From: Desulfatiglandales bacterium
Lineage (GTDB): Bacteria; Desulfobacterota; DSM-4660; Desulfatiglandales; Desulfatiglandaceae
DNA length: 64,000 nucleotides
Direction: 5' to 3'
Assembly (NCBI GenBank): GCA_963662465.1
Contig: OY759599.1
Coordinates: forward strand, 992,001-1,056,000
Shown here: positions 20,260 through 29,968 of the stretch, in pieces
How the letters are laid out: every line of letters begins with the position of its first letter
Position numbering within the stretch: position 1 is the stretch's first letter
Translations under genes and position numbers: made by a program
Notes under the pieces: model-generated
What the model saw: only the letters and a program-made list of their open reading frames with translations
Told to the model about the DNA's origin: nothing
Database searches by the model: none

Positions 20260-21121
20260 TATTCATTTGCTGGAGTTGCGTTACGCTCATTGCCGGATAA
20301 TGAATCACCAGGCTTTAAAGCGATTGAGGGATTCCATCGAAACTTACGGGCAGATCGTTCCGGCCCTGGCTATTGAAGAAAAAGACAAACTGATTCTGAT
20401 TGATGGCTACCTGCGTGTTCGAGCGCTTTGTGCTTGTGGAAAGGACCGGATATGTGTCCAATTCTCAAAAGAAAACGAACAAAATGCCATGTTTTCGCTT
20501 TTAACCAAGGCCAATGAACGGCAATGGGAAGTCATTGAGCAGTCTGTTTTACTTCAGGAATTACATCGGCGTTTTGGGTGCAGCCTCTCCCATATTGCAA
20601 CCCGAATAGGGCGCGACAAGAGTTTTGTAAAACGGCGGCTGGACCTGGTTGAAGCCCTGCCGGAAAATATTTTGAGAACCGTGATTGCAGGCTCACTTTC
20701 AACCTGGGCTGCCAGCCGTGTCATGGCGCCGTTGGCGCGCGCCAACGGTGAAGACGCACAAAAACTGTTGGCCCACCTGGAAAAAGAACCTCTATCCACA
20801 AGGGAACTGGCCCGTTTCTACGCACATTACCAGAAAAGCAACCGGTCTGTTCGAGACCACATGCTGGAAAATCCATCCCTTTTCATAAAAGTTCTCGAAC
20901 AAAGAACCCAGTCTAAACAAGCCAAAGAAGTTCATGATGGACCGGAAGGCAAATGGTTCAAGGATATTGAAATGGTATATGCGGTTCTCAAACGTCTGGT
21001 GAAAACCGTTTCGCATGTCCATTACCCAAAAAGCGATCAGTTGAAGAAACAAACGCTCAAAACCTGGGTGAAAAAGATAGAAAAACAAGCACTGGAACTC
21101 AAGAAAGCGACCCAATTATGA
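20237..21121 (+). CDS. ParB/Spo0J-like protein (ParBc + HTH)
   Basis: LRDSIETYGQIVP…LIDGYLRVRAL, then SLSHIATRIGRDKSFVKRRLDL HTH; ATGA overlap with istA. Confidence 0.9.
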   Translation: MESIRTVDIHLLELRYAHCRIMNHQALKRLRDSIETYGQIVPALAIEEKDKLILIDGYLRVRALCACGKDRICVQFSKENEQNAMFSLLTKANERQWEVIEQSVLLQELHRRFGCSLSHIATRIGRDKSFVKRRLDLVEALPENILRTVIAGSLSTWAASRVMAPLARANGEDAQKLLAHLEKEPLSTRELARFYAHYQKSNRSVRDHMLENPSLFIKVLEQRTQSKQAKEVHDGPEGKWFKDIEMVYAVLKRLVKTVSHVHYPKSDQLKKQTLKTWVKKIEKQALELKKATQL

Positions 21122-22500
21122 TCCGACAATCCAAAAAAGATGCCATTGTGGAATTGAAAAAAACCGGCATGAGTTTGCGCGACATCGCCAAAACCCTGAA
21201 GGCCGGTCGCAATACCGTCACGAAGGTTTTAGATGATCATGACGAAGAGGCGGTACCCCAAAGGAACTCCCGGTATGAAGAACATGTCCCGTTGATCCGC
21301 GAGCTTTTCAAGGAATGTAAAGGAAATGCCGTGCGAGTAGCCGAGGAACTGGAAAGCCGCCAACAGATCAAAATCCCTTATCAGAGTCTGACCTGGATTA
21401 TGAGAAAGTACGAGATCCGGGAACGTAAAAAAAGACGGGCGGGCCAATACCATTTTAAACCCGGTCAGGAGATGCAGCATGATACGTCACCCCATCTGGT
21501 TGTCATTAATGGGAAAAAAATGTCGACCCAGTGCGCGTCCCTGACCCTGGCCTTTTGCCGAAGGATTTTTATTCAGTATTACCCCTGTTTTACCCGGTTT
21601 GAGTGCAAGGTTTTCCTAAAAAAAGCATTCGAGTTTATGGACGGGGTGTGTTCCCGGTGCATGGTTGACAACACCAATGTTATTGTGGCCGGCGGCACCG
21701 GGCCTGATGCATTGATTGCGCCTGAAATGAAATACTTCGGCGATATGTATGGAACCCGGTTTGAGGCCCATGCTGTAGGAGACGCCAATCGAAGTGCCCG
21801 TGTGGAAAGGCCTTTTCATTTTGTGGAAAACAATTTTCTTCCCGGTAGAACATTTGTTAGCTGGCAGGATTTGAACCGGCAGGCAATCGACTGGTGCCGG
21901 AATACAAGCGATAAAAAGTTTAAACGGGCTTTAGGGATGACGCCGGATGAGGCCTATGTCATTGAAAAGCCATATCTCATTGATTTACCGGCATACCAGC
22001 CGCCAGTCTATGTGGCAGAACACAGGGTAGCCGATGTTCAGGGATATGTGCACTTGGACACCAACCGCTATTCAGTCCCTGAAGCGCTGATTGGGAACTC
22101 CCTGGAAGTACAGAAACATTGGCTCAAGGTCATCGTTTACGACAAAAACACAAAAGTGGCGGAACATGACCGCATACTGGATAAACGCAACACCCGAACA
22201 ACCCTGCCCGGTCACCATGTTCCCATTCGAAGAAAAAAAGATCCCCGAATCCCTTCAAAAGAAGAACAGCTGTTGACGGGAGAGGATGCCATCCTGGATG
22301 AGTATGTGGCTGAACTGAAGAAAAGAAGTCACGGTCGCGGTGTGGTCAAGTTACGTCGGTTGCTTCATCTGAAACGCACTTATCCCGGGGAACCTTTTTT
22401 GAAAGCCATAACACAGGCGCTTAAATATGGACTTTTTGATTTGTCGCGTCTGGAAAACATTATTCTCGATTATATCGCGGGAGACTTTTTTGATCTATGA
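21118..22500 (+). CDS. istA: IS21-family transposase
   Basis: N-terminal HTH; PGQEMQHD, MVDN and ARVERPF DDE motifs; C-terminal NRYSVP. Confidence 0.93.
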   Translation: MIRQSKKDAIVELKKTGMSLRDIAKTLKAGRNTVTKVLDDHDEEAVPQRNSRYEEHVPLIRELFKECKGNAVRVAEELESRQQIKIPYQSLTWIMRKYEIRERKKRRAGQYHFKPGQEMQHDTSPHLVVINGKKMSTQCASLTLAFCRRIFIQYYPCFTRFECKVFLKKAFEFMDGVCSRCMVDNTNVIVAGGTGPDALIAPEMKYFGDMYGTRFEAHAVGDANRSARVERPFHFVENNFLPGRTFVSWQDLNRQAIDWCRNTSDKKFKRALGMTPDEAYVIEKPYLIDLPAYQPPVYVAEHRVADVQGYVHLDTNRYSVPEALIGNSLEVQKHWLKVIVYDKNTKVAEHDRILDKRNTRTTLPGHHVPIRRKKDPRIPSKEEQLLTGEDAILDEYVAELKKRSHGRGVVKLRRLLHLKRTYPGEPFLKAITQALKYGLFDLSRLENIILDYIAGDFFDL

Positions 22501-23216
22501 AAAAGAAAATTGAACAGTTACTCATTGATTTGAAGTTTAAAGGCATGCTGAAGGCTCTCGAAGAACAGTTGGCTTCGGCTGAAAAGAACGGTTTTTCCAT
22601 TCACGAGGTCATCTACAATCTCCTGGCTGAGGAATTACGTTTCCGGCAGGAGCGCAGCATGATCTATCGGGTCCAGATTGCAAAGCTTCCATGGGAATGG
22701 ACCCTCAACTCCTTTCCGTTTGATCTTCAGCCGGGAATACAGAAGAGCCGGATCATGACGTTGTCCGGCCTTGACTTTATCAGCCGAAGAGAAAACATCG
22801 TGTTCCATGGAAAAACCGGCGTCGGCAAAACGGGATTGGCCGTGGGGATCCTTCGTCAAGCCATTATTGCCGGGTACCGGGGGCGTTTTTATAATGTTCA
22901 GGATTTGCTGGATCAGCTCTATGCGTCTTTGGCAGATCGGTCCACCCCGAAACTCCTCAATGCCCTTTGCAGATATGACCTGCTTCTGCTCGATGAACTG
23001 GGATACCTGACCCTCAAAAAAGAGCAGATGAACGCCTTTTTTAAACTCATGAAAGATCGCTATGAAGCCGGTCGGTCCACAATTATTACGACCAATCTTC
23101 AACCTGAACAATGGTATTCGCTGCTTGAACCAAAGGACATGGTCGATGCCTTGCTGGATCGTCTCAACCATCGCTGCATCAACATTCATATTGATGGTCC
23201 TTCCCTCAGAAAATGA
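22497..23216 (+). CDS. istB: IS21 helper AAA+ ATPase
   Basis: Walker A GKTGVGKT, Walker B LLLLDELGY, IITTN, ALLDRL; ATGA overlap with istA. Confidence 0.95.
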   Translation: MKKKIEQLLIDLKFKGMLKALEEQLASAEKNGFSIHEVIYNLLAEELRFRQERSMIYRVQIAKLPWEWTLNSFPFDLQPGIQKSRIMTLSGLDFISRRENIVFHGKTGVGKTGLAVGILRQAIIAGYRGRFYNVQDLLDQLYASLADRSTPKLLNALCRYDLLLLDELGYLTLKKEQMNAFFKLMKDRYEAGRSTIITTNLQPEQWYSLLEPKDMVDALLDRLNHRCINIHIDGPSLRK

Positions 23217-23314
23217 GATGTTCGCCAAAGGGCCGGTTTTGAGGTCTGAATATCACCGGTCTGTTTGAATCTCGTTACACGAATATCAGAAATTACCTTG
23301 TCTTGGAGCTTGAA

Positions 23315-23512
23315 ATGAGAGGTGGAAAACGGGTAGGCGCCGGCCGAAGAAAGAAACCGGAACATTTGAGACGTGAACTGCTCACCATTCGTCTCCCCAA
23401 ATGGATGATTCTACAGCTGAAAAAAAACGGGGAAATTGGATATTTGATTGAGGATCAATTGGCGAAGGGAGGCCTCCTGAATTTACCGGACGACTATGAC
23501 ATAGACAAATAG
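23315..23512 (+). CDS. Small basic DNA-binding-like protein (RGGxRxGAGR + RHH-like)
   Basis: RBS GGAG; MRGGKRVGAGRRKK…TIRLP; lies inside the transposon TIRs. Confidence 0.65.
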   Translation: MRGGKRVGAGRRKKPEHLRRELLTIRLPKWMILQLKKNGEIGYLIEDQLAKGGLLNLPDDYDIDK

Positions 23513-23773
23513 TTCCTCAATAAGCATTGCCCTTAACCGAAAAATCTAATCCCCTCTTCTCTGCCATCACCATATTGATGGTATCCTCATCACTGATTCT
23601 TCAACCAGAACGCTACGTGTCTCACCAGCATTTTTAAAATACCATCTGATATACTCTTTCATGCAACCTCTAACAAATTTACAAGAAAACCCTTCTAAAA
23701 GGAAAAGACCAGTGCGCAATATCTGGTTCCGTTTGGAGTAGCAAAACTGGTTCCATTTTGGTTAGCGCCCAAG

Positions 23774-25264
23774 TTTCTATTCCCATACGGCAGACTACGA
23801 GGTAACGTTCATCAGTCCGCAGGTTCGAGAATATCTGGGCTATGAACCGGAAGAAGTAATGCGGCGCTGGACTGAGTTTATTACCGATAATCCCATTAAC
23901 AAAAAGGGAATGGAATTTACCGAAAAAGCGATTCGAACCGGGAAACGTCAGCCCACCTATGAACTTGAGATGCGCCGTAAAGACGGCAGGAAAATCATTG
24001 TCGAAGTGCGGGAAGCCCCGGTCGTTAAGGATGGTACGGTGACAGGAGTCGTCGGCTTGCTTGTGGACGTCACGCATGAACTCAATCTTGAGGCCCAGCT
24101 CATTCAGGCCCAAAAGATGGAGTCTGTGGGTCGATTGGCGGGAGGGGTTGCCCATGATTACAAAATGCGCTTTCCGTGATCATCGGTTTCTGTCAACTGG
24201 CCATCGAGAATGTGGACCCCGGCGACCCGCTTCGTGGAGATCTCGATGAAATCTACGGGGCAGCAAAGCGTGCGGCGGATATTACCCGGCAACTGCTGGC
24301 CTTTGCCCGAAAACAGACCATCTCCCCTAAAGTTCTTGATTTAAACGAGAATGTGGAAGGGATGCTTAAAATGCCGAACCGCCTGATAGGCGAGAACATT
24401 AATCTTGTCTGGGCGCCGGGGAAAAATCTGTATCCCATCAAAATGGATCTATCTCAGATCGATCAGATCCTGGCCAACCTCTGCGTCAACGCCCGTGACG
24501 CGATTCCCGGTGTCGGAAAGGTCATCATCGAAACAAAAAACAGCGTCTTTGATAAGGCCTACTGCGCTGATCACCACGGGTTTGTTCCCGGCGAATTTGT
24601 TCTGCTGGCGGTTAGCGACAATAGCAGCGGCATGGAAAAAGAAGTTCTGGATAACATTTTTGAGCCGTTTTTTACCACCAAGGGCATCGATGAGGGAACC
24701 GGTCTGGGGTTGGCCACGGTCTACGGCATTGTCAAACAGAATGAAGGATTCATTAATGTTTACAGTGAATCCGGGGCGGGAACGACCTTCAAAATCTTTT
24801 TACCCCGGCATAAGGGCAAAACGGTTCAAGAGGATCAGGAAAGCGTTCCGGAAATCCCTCAAAGCAAGGGAGAGACCGTTCTTCTTATAGAGGACGATCT
24901 TTCGCTTCTGGAACTTGCCGGGAAAACGCTTGATGGACTGGGCTATAAAGTTCTGAAAGCAGGCACACCTAAAGAGGCCATGCGTCTGGTTAAGGATTAT
25001 ACCGGAGAGATAAACCTTCTGCTGACAGATGTCATTATGCCCGAAATGAACGGTCGTGAATTGTGGGAAAAGTTGGAAGCGCTCTATCCCCAACTCAAAT
25101 GTGTTTTTATGTCCGGCTATACAGCCAATGTCATCGCCCATCACGGTGTCCTGGATGAAGGCGTACACTTTATCCAGAAACCGTTTTCCAAAAGCGATTT
25201 GGCAATAACCGTCAGGAAAGCGCTGGACGAGGTGAAAAAACCAACTTCCGGAACGCCACACTGA
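23774..25264 (+). pseudogene. Hybrid histidine kinase, 3' part (PAS, HisKA, HATPase, receiver), frameshifted
   Basis: QAQKMESVGRLAGGVAHDY with a frameshift at ~24165; NLCVNARDA, FEPFFTTK, GTGLGL, LLLTDVIMP, FIQKPF. Confidence 0.9.
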
Positions 25265-25357
25265 CGTCAAATTAGACTGGCAAACCGCAGGGGCGAACGT
25301 TTGTTCATTTACCCGGTATCTGATTGTCAAGATGGGTCGCCAGAATTGATGTTAGTC

Positions 25358-26062
25358 CTAAGGCGAGCCTTCTTCAAGTTCTTCCAATTTGGGAACGATT
25401 TCTCTCAGATGTTCACGGAACGCGCTTTCGGCCCCTTTTGCATCACCCGCTTGTATTTTTTTGAAAATAGTCGGATGAGAGGTGGTGTCATGAAGAACCC
25501 GCTTTGAGGGCTTGATGCTTAAAATCAGCTCCTGCGTAATGTCCATGAGAATGTTGACCAGCATTTCGTATAAGACATTGTGGCTTGCCTTTGCCACCAG
25601 ACGGTGAAAATCAACATTCCAGGCCACATAAGCGTCGCCTTTCTTGACTTTTGGCATATTCATGATGCCTTCTTCGAGCATTTCGATGTCTTTGGGCGTC
25701 CGCCGCCGTGCCGCAAGACCCGCGACAATCGGTTCGATGTGCAGCCGGACCTCCATGACTTCCACAACGGTGATCCGGCCCAGTTTGAGTGTATCGCGAA
25801 CAAGAGCTGAAAGGGCATCGTGGTTCATGCCGCACACGAATGCGCCACCCGCGGGTCCCCGTTTGATTCCCACAAGTCCTGCTTTTTCAAGATTGCGAAC
25901 CGCTTCCCGGACCACAATGCGGCTGACGCCGAAAATTTTCATCAATTCGTGTTCAGAGGGAAGTCGTTCCCCTTCACGATATTCACCCGAGAACAAAGAT
26001 TCCTTGAGCTGCTCGGTCACCTGGTCTCCCAGTCGACCGGTCTTTATCGGCTTCATGGCCAT
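25358..26062 (-). CDS. GntR/FadR-family transcriptional regulator
   Basis: RLPSEHELMKIFGVSRIVVREA wHTH plus FCD domain; RBS AGGAGG before ATG 26062. Confidence 0.95.
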   Translation of the reverse strand: MAMKPIKTGRLGDQVTEQLKESLFSGEYREGERLPSEHELMKIFGVSRIVVREAVRNLEKAGLVGIKRGPAGGAFVCGMNHDALSALVRDTLKLGRITVVEVMEVRLHIEPIVAGLAARRRTPKDIEMLEEGIMNMPKVKKGDAYVAWNVDFHRLVAKASHNVLYEMLVNILMDITQELILSIKPSKRVLHDTTSHPTIFKKIQAGDAKGAESAFREHLREIVPKLEELEEGSP

Positions 26063-26300
26063 GCGTAGCGGTCCTCCTGTACACAAAAAATCAAAAGAAA
26101 TGGTTTGTATTACGTATATCAAATGCTTTCTGTCAAGGAAGATGTGTTCCGGAAAAGTTCCTGACATCTAAATGGAAAGCGAAATTTTTTGCTTGACAAG
26201 AAAAGAAGCATTTAATATTTTGCTTATAATATTATATGTATGATGATTATTTGTCAAGGGATGTTATCCTATTTAAGAGGCGACCGCCAGCAATGAAACC

Positions 26301-26567
26301 ATGAAAACCCCCTGGCCTGACTACCGTCTGCAGGCATCCATTGAAGATATCGTCAAGGAGATGGAAGCCATCGCGCACCGTCGTTTCATCAAGTGCCATG
26401 TTCCGCTGGACGGTATCCCCTATGATGAGAATGTCAACTACATCCATGTTTCCCGCGAATTGCACGACGCATTTTTCTCGCTCCGGAATTGCGCCGGTGG
26501 ATCGAAAAAGGAAGTCTGGAACTCGGTTATTATCCGGATGGAAAAAAATAGCGTTAAAGCGTACTGA
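26301..26567 (+). CDS. Hypothetical protein upstream of the decarboxylase
   Basis: 88-aa ORF downstream of a TTGACA promoter-like site (26193), co-oriented with the UbiD gene. Confidence 0.5.
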   Translation: MKTPWPDYRLQASIEDIVKEMEAIAHRRFIKCHVPLDGIPYDENVNYIHVSRELHDAFFSLRNCAGGSKKEVWNSVIIRMEKNSVKAY

Positions 26568-26618
26568 TGCACGATCGTTCTAACGGTAATTCAAATTATT
26601 TTGCCAGGAGAGCCGGCC

Positions 26619-28133
26619 ATGAACACCTTGAAGCATCTGGAAGCATCTGAAAAGGAAGCGACCGGTACCATTTTGGATCTCAGAAGTGCCATTGAAAATC
26701 TCAAAAAGACGCCTGGGCAGCTTCTGGTCTGTAACGAACCGGTGGACCCCAATGCCGAACTGGCGGGGGTCTACCGAAGGGTCGGGGCGGGAACCCCGGT
26801 GGAGCCCCCCACCCGGGAAGGGCCGGCCATGCTCTTTCAAAATGTGAAGGGGTATGATATTCCCGTGATTACAGGGGTTCTGGCCAGCCGAAAGCGGGTG
26901 GCCCAACTTCTGGGCAGCAGACCGGAACGGCTGCCCCATCTACTGTTGGAGGCCCTGGAAAGCCCTGTGGCGCCTGAGATGATAAAGAGCTCCAATCCAC
27001 CGTGCCAGGAGGTGGTCCACAGTGAGAATATCGACCTCATGAAGCTGTTGCCGGCCCCCACCAACACGCCCCTGGACGCGGGACCCTATTTTACCATGGG
27101 GCTCATTCGGGCGGAAGATCCGGAAACCGGTGAAGCGGACGTGACCATTCACCGGCTCTGTGTTCAGGGCAAAGACCGTCTTTCCATTTATTTCGTGCCG
27201 GGCCGTCATATCGACCAGTTTCGTATCAAGGCTGAAAAAGCAGGGAAGGCGCTGCCGGTGTCCATCAACATCGGTCTGGATCCCGCCATTTACCTGGCCG
27301 CCTGTTTTGAGCCTCCCACAACGCCACTGGGTTTTGATGAACTCTCCATAGCGGGAGGCCTTCGGAAAAGACCGGTGGAATTGACGCCCTGCGTGTCCAA
27401 CAGCGCCAAAAGCCTGGCCCGGGCGGAAATTGTCATTGAAGGGGAGATCCTGCCGAACGAACGGATTCAGGAAGACATTCAAACGCTTACGGGGTTTGCC
27501 ATGCCGGAGTTTCCCGGATATCTGGGGCTGGCCAAAAATAAGCTTCCCGTGATTCGGGTCACCGCCGTGACCCATCGACAAAACCCCATTATGCAGACCA
27601 TTGTGGGACCGGGACTGGAACACACCAGCCTGGCGGGCATTCCCACCGAAGCCAGTATTTTGCGCCTGGTGGAAACGGGCATGCCCGGAAAACTGCTGAA
27701 CGTCTATGCCCATGAAGCCGGCGGCGGGAAATACCTGGCGGTGCTTCAGTTCAAAAAGTCCGCTCCGGCTGATGAAGGGCGGCAGCGTCAGGCGGCCCTC
27801 ATGGCTTTTGCCGCCTTTTCAGAGCTCAAGCACATTATCCTGGTGGATGAAGATGTGGACATATTTGACACCGATGATGTGCTTTGGGCCATGACCACCC
27901 GGTACCAGGGGGATGTGAGCACCGTTTTTATTCCCGGTGTCCGCTGTCACCCTCTGGACCCCAGTCAGAGACCTCAATTCAGCCCGTCCATCAGGGAGAA
28001 CGGTATCAGCTGCAAAACCATCTTCGACTGCACCGTTCCCTACCATCTGAAGGATGATTTCAAACGAGCCCCTTTTGCGGATGTGGATCTGGATCGGTTT
28101 TTGAAAAGCAGTGTGGACCCTGCATCGTTATGA
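26619..28133 (+). CDS. UbiD-family prFMN decarboxylase, AroY/LpdC-like (protocatechuate/gallate-type)
   Basis: DLRSAI…PVDPNAELAGVYR..GAG…PTR.GPAM, TIHRLC, AMPEFPGY, CHPLDPSQ, KTIFDCTVP closely follow AroY/LpdC as I recall them. Confidence 0.9.
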   Translation: MNTLKHLEASEKEATGTILDLRSAIENLKKTPGQLLVCNEPVDPNAELAGVYRRVGAGTPVEPPTREGPAMLFQNVKGYDIPVITGVLASRKRVAQLLGSRPERLPHLLLEALESPVAPEMIKSSNPPCQEVVHSENIDLMKLLPAPTNTPLDAGPYFTMGLIRAEDPETGEADVTIHRLCVQGKDRLSIYFVPGRHIDQFRIKAEKAGKALPVSINIGLDPAIYLAACFEPPTTPLGFDELSIAGGLRKRPVELTPCVSNSAKSLARAEIVIEGEILPNERIQEDIQTLTGFAMPEFPGYLGLAKNKLPVIRVTAVTHRQNPIMQTIVGPGLEHTSLAGIPTEASILRLVETGMPGKLLNVYAHEAGGGKYLAVLQFKKSAPADEGRQRQAALMAFAAFSELKHIILVDEDVDIFDTDDVLWAMTTRYQGDVSTVFIPGVRCHPLDPSQRPQFSPSIRENGISCKTIFDCTVPYHLKDDFKRAPFADVDLDRFLKSSVDPASL

Positions 28134-28282
28134 ATCTCATTCGGTAACATTAATAACGGATAAGAGTCTCTTGATTTTTTTGATACTGCTTCCGTTCAGT
28201 GTGGGGTAGATGGACAAGAGATCACTTTCGATCGTTGTGCGAACGCCTTGTTCCAGTACCATATGATAGAAAGGAGTTTAAG

Positions 28283-29527
28283 ATGTTTGATTATCTACTG
28301 AACGACCCACAAAAAAGATTAAAACAGGAAACCCGTGATTTTGTGAAATCCATTCCTAAAGAAATGATCCTGGATATGGACGCAGACAAAATTCAGTTTC
28401 CAAAGGATTTCCTGCGTGAAGCAGGCAGGCGGAATCTCATGGGTTGCCGATACCCGGAAAAATGGGGCGGCAGGGGTATGGATTGGGTCTCTACCTGCAT
28501 GGTGATGGAAGAAATCGGTGTTTTGGGGTACATCTTTGCCTGTACATTCGGAGTGGGTGCTGAACTGGTCTGTGATGCCATCATCCTTCACGGCAACGAT
28601 GTTCAGAAAGAAAAATATGTAAAACCCCTGTTAAAGGGAGAAATTTTTGCCGCGGAGTGTCTTACGGAACCCCGTGGCGGATCAGATTTCTTCGGTACCA
28701 CAACCAAGGCTGAAGACAAGGGGGATCACTTTATTTTAAACGGCCAGAAACGCTTTATTGTGGGGGGAGAGGGCGCCGACTATTTTCTGGTATATGCCCG
28801 AACCGATCCCGATGCCGAACCCCACAAATCCATTTCCTGTTTTATCGTTGACAGAACAAAAGGGGTTAAAACGGAATACCTGTACGGATTGATGGGCTGC
28901 CGGGGCGGGGGCGCCGCCCGAATGGTTTTTAAAGATGTGAAAGTCCCCAAAGAGAACCTTTTGGGTAAACGCAATCAAGGGTATAAAATTTTTAATACCA
29001 TGATGATCCCCGAACGTCTGGGTACCGCGGCCATGACCATTGGCGCTGCCGCACCGGCTGTCGATGTGGCCACCGGCTATACCTCAAAACGAAAAGCCTT
29101 TGGCCGGCCGGTTGCGGACTTCCAGGGCGTCTCTTTTCAGGTGGCCGAAGCAGTTACCCTTCTGGATGCCGCCAGGGCCATGATTTATGCGACCGCCAGA
29201 GCGGTTGATGAACAGACCTATGAAAAACGGATTCGACGGCTGGTTTCGCAATCCAAAAAATTCGTGACGGAATCCTGCCAGAAAGCGGTCCATAACGCCA
29301 TGCAGGTCATGGGCGGCATCGGTTACACCAATATTTATCCGGTGGAAAGGATTTTCAGGGATCTTCGTCTGGCATCCATCTGGACCGGAACCAACGAGGT
29401 CATGAGCATGATCATTGCCAATGAATGGTACAAGGAATATTGGAAAAAGAAAAAATCAGGCCAAATTCGTGATATGGAATTGGATGCCGTTGAAGCTGAT
29501 GCCAAGGACGAAAAAATATTTGAATAG
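28283..29527 (+). CDS. Acyl-CoA dehydrogenase
   Basis: CLTEPRGGSD, LNGQKRFI, RKAFGRP, QVMGGIGY, IWTGTNE; RBS AAGGAG. Confidence 0.95.
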   Translation: MFDYLLNDPQKRLKQETRDFVKSIPKEMILDMDADKIQFPKDFLREAGRRNLMGCRYPEKWGGRGMDWVSTCMVMEEIGVLGYIFACTFGVGAELVCDAIILHGNDVQKEKYVKPLLKGEIFAAECLTEPRGGSDFFGTTTKAEDKGDHFILNGQKRFIVGGEGADYFLVYARTDPDAEPHKSISCFIVDRTKGVKTEYLYGLMGCRGGGAARMVFKDVKVPKENLLGKRNQGYKIFNTMMIPERLGTAAMTIGAAAPAVDVATGYTSKRKAFGRPVADFQGVSFQVAEAVTLLDAARAMIYATARAVDEQTYEKRIRRLVSQSKKFVTESCQKAVHNAMQVMGGIGYTNIYPVERIFRDLRLASIWTGTNEVMSMIIANEWYKEYWKKKKSGQIRDMELDAVEADAKDEKIFE

Positions 29528-29856
29528 CTTTAAAGCGTATGGAATGGATCGGATCGCCTTCTAAACCTTAACTTTGAAAACGCTTATGCCTTGGACCTGT
29601 CTTGGATTCGGAAAATGCCGCCCATACCTCCCAGTCGTCTTGCCACCCAAAAACAGTTTTGTCGTAAACTAAGTCAGCTGAGGGTAGTCACCCCCGCTGG
29701 AAAATTACTCCAGCTTGAAGTCGGAAATTTGCCCCTCAAATAGGAAAGTGTCCAAAAATCGGCGGGTAAAACCACCTCTCGTAACGAGTTCTGTCTCATG
29801 AGCAACCTTTTTCTTTAATTCCAAATTTGAACTTTCCATGGGCCGACAGATTTCGA

Positions 29857-29893
29857 TTGACGTGCGACACTAAAGCATGTCACATTAGTGTCG
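29857..29893 (+). promoter_or_regulatory. Promoter-overlapping inverted repeat upstream of the Fic gene
   Basis: TTGACG followed by a perfect 9-bp IR CGACACTAA…TTAGTGTCG; further TGTCGC half-sites downstream. Confidence 0.5.
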
Positions 29894-29968
29894 TTCTTTA
29901 TTGTCGCGCTCCAAACCGGCCATGCTGCAAATTTTGTCGCTCGGGATTTATAAAAGGGAAGGTGTTTT

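Larger units (their letters stand above)
19049..23773 (+). mobile_element. 4.7-kb IS21-type transposon with four accessory genes (Zn-finger, wHTH-like, ParB-like, small RHH-like)
   Basis: Imperfect TIRs CTTCAACGCTAATCAAAACTGAACC / GGTTCCATTTTGGTTAGCGCCCAAG with doubled subterminal motifs. TTTCTATT duplicated at 19041-19048 and 23774-23781. Removing it restores NLFYS-HTADYEV of the kinase PAS domain. Confidence 0.92.

Noticed and set aside
19049..23773. Plasmid or prophage partition locus
   Set aside because: No ParA, no canonical parS palindrome seen, and the genes lie inside IS21-type ends with a target duplication.
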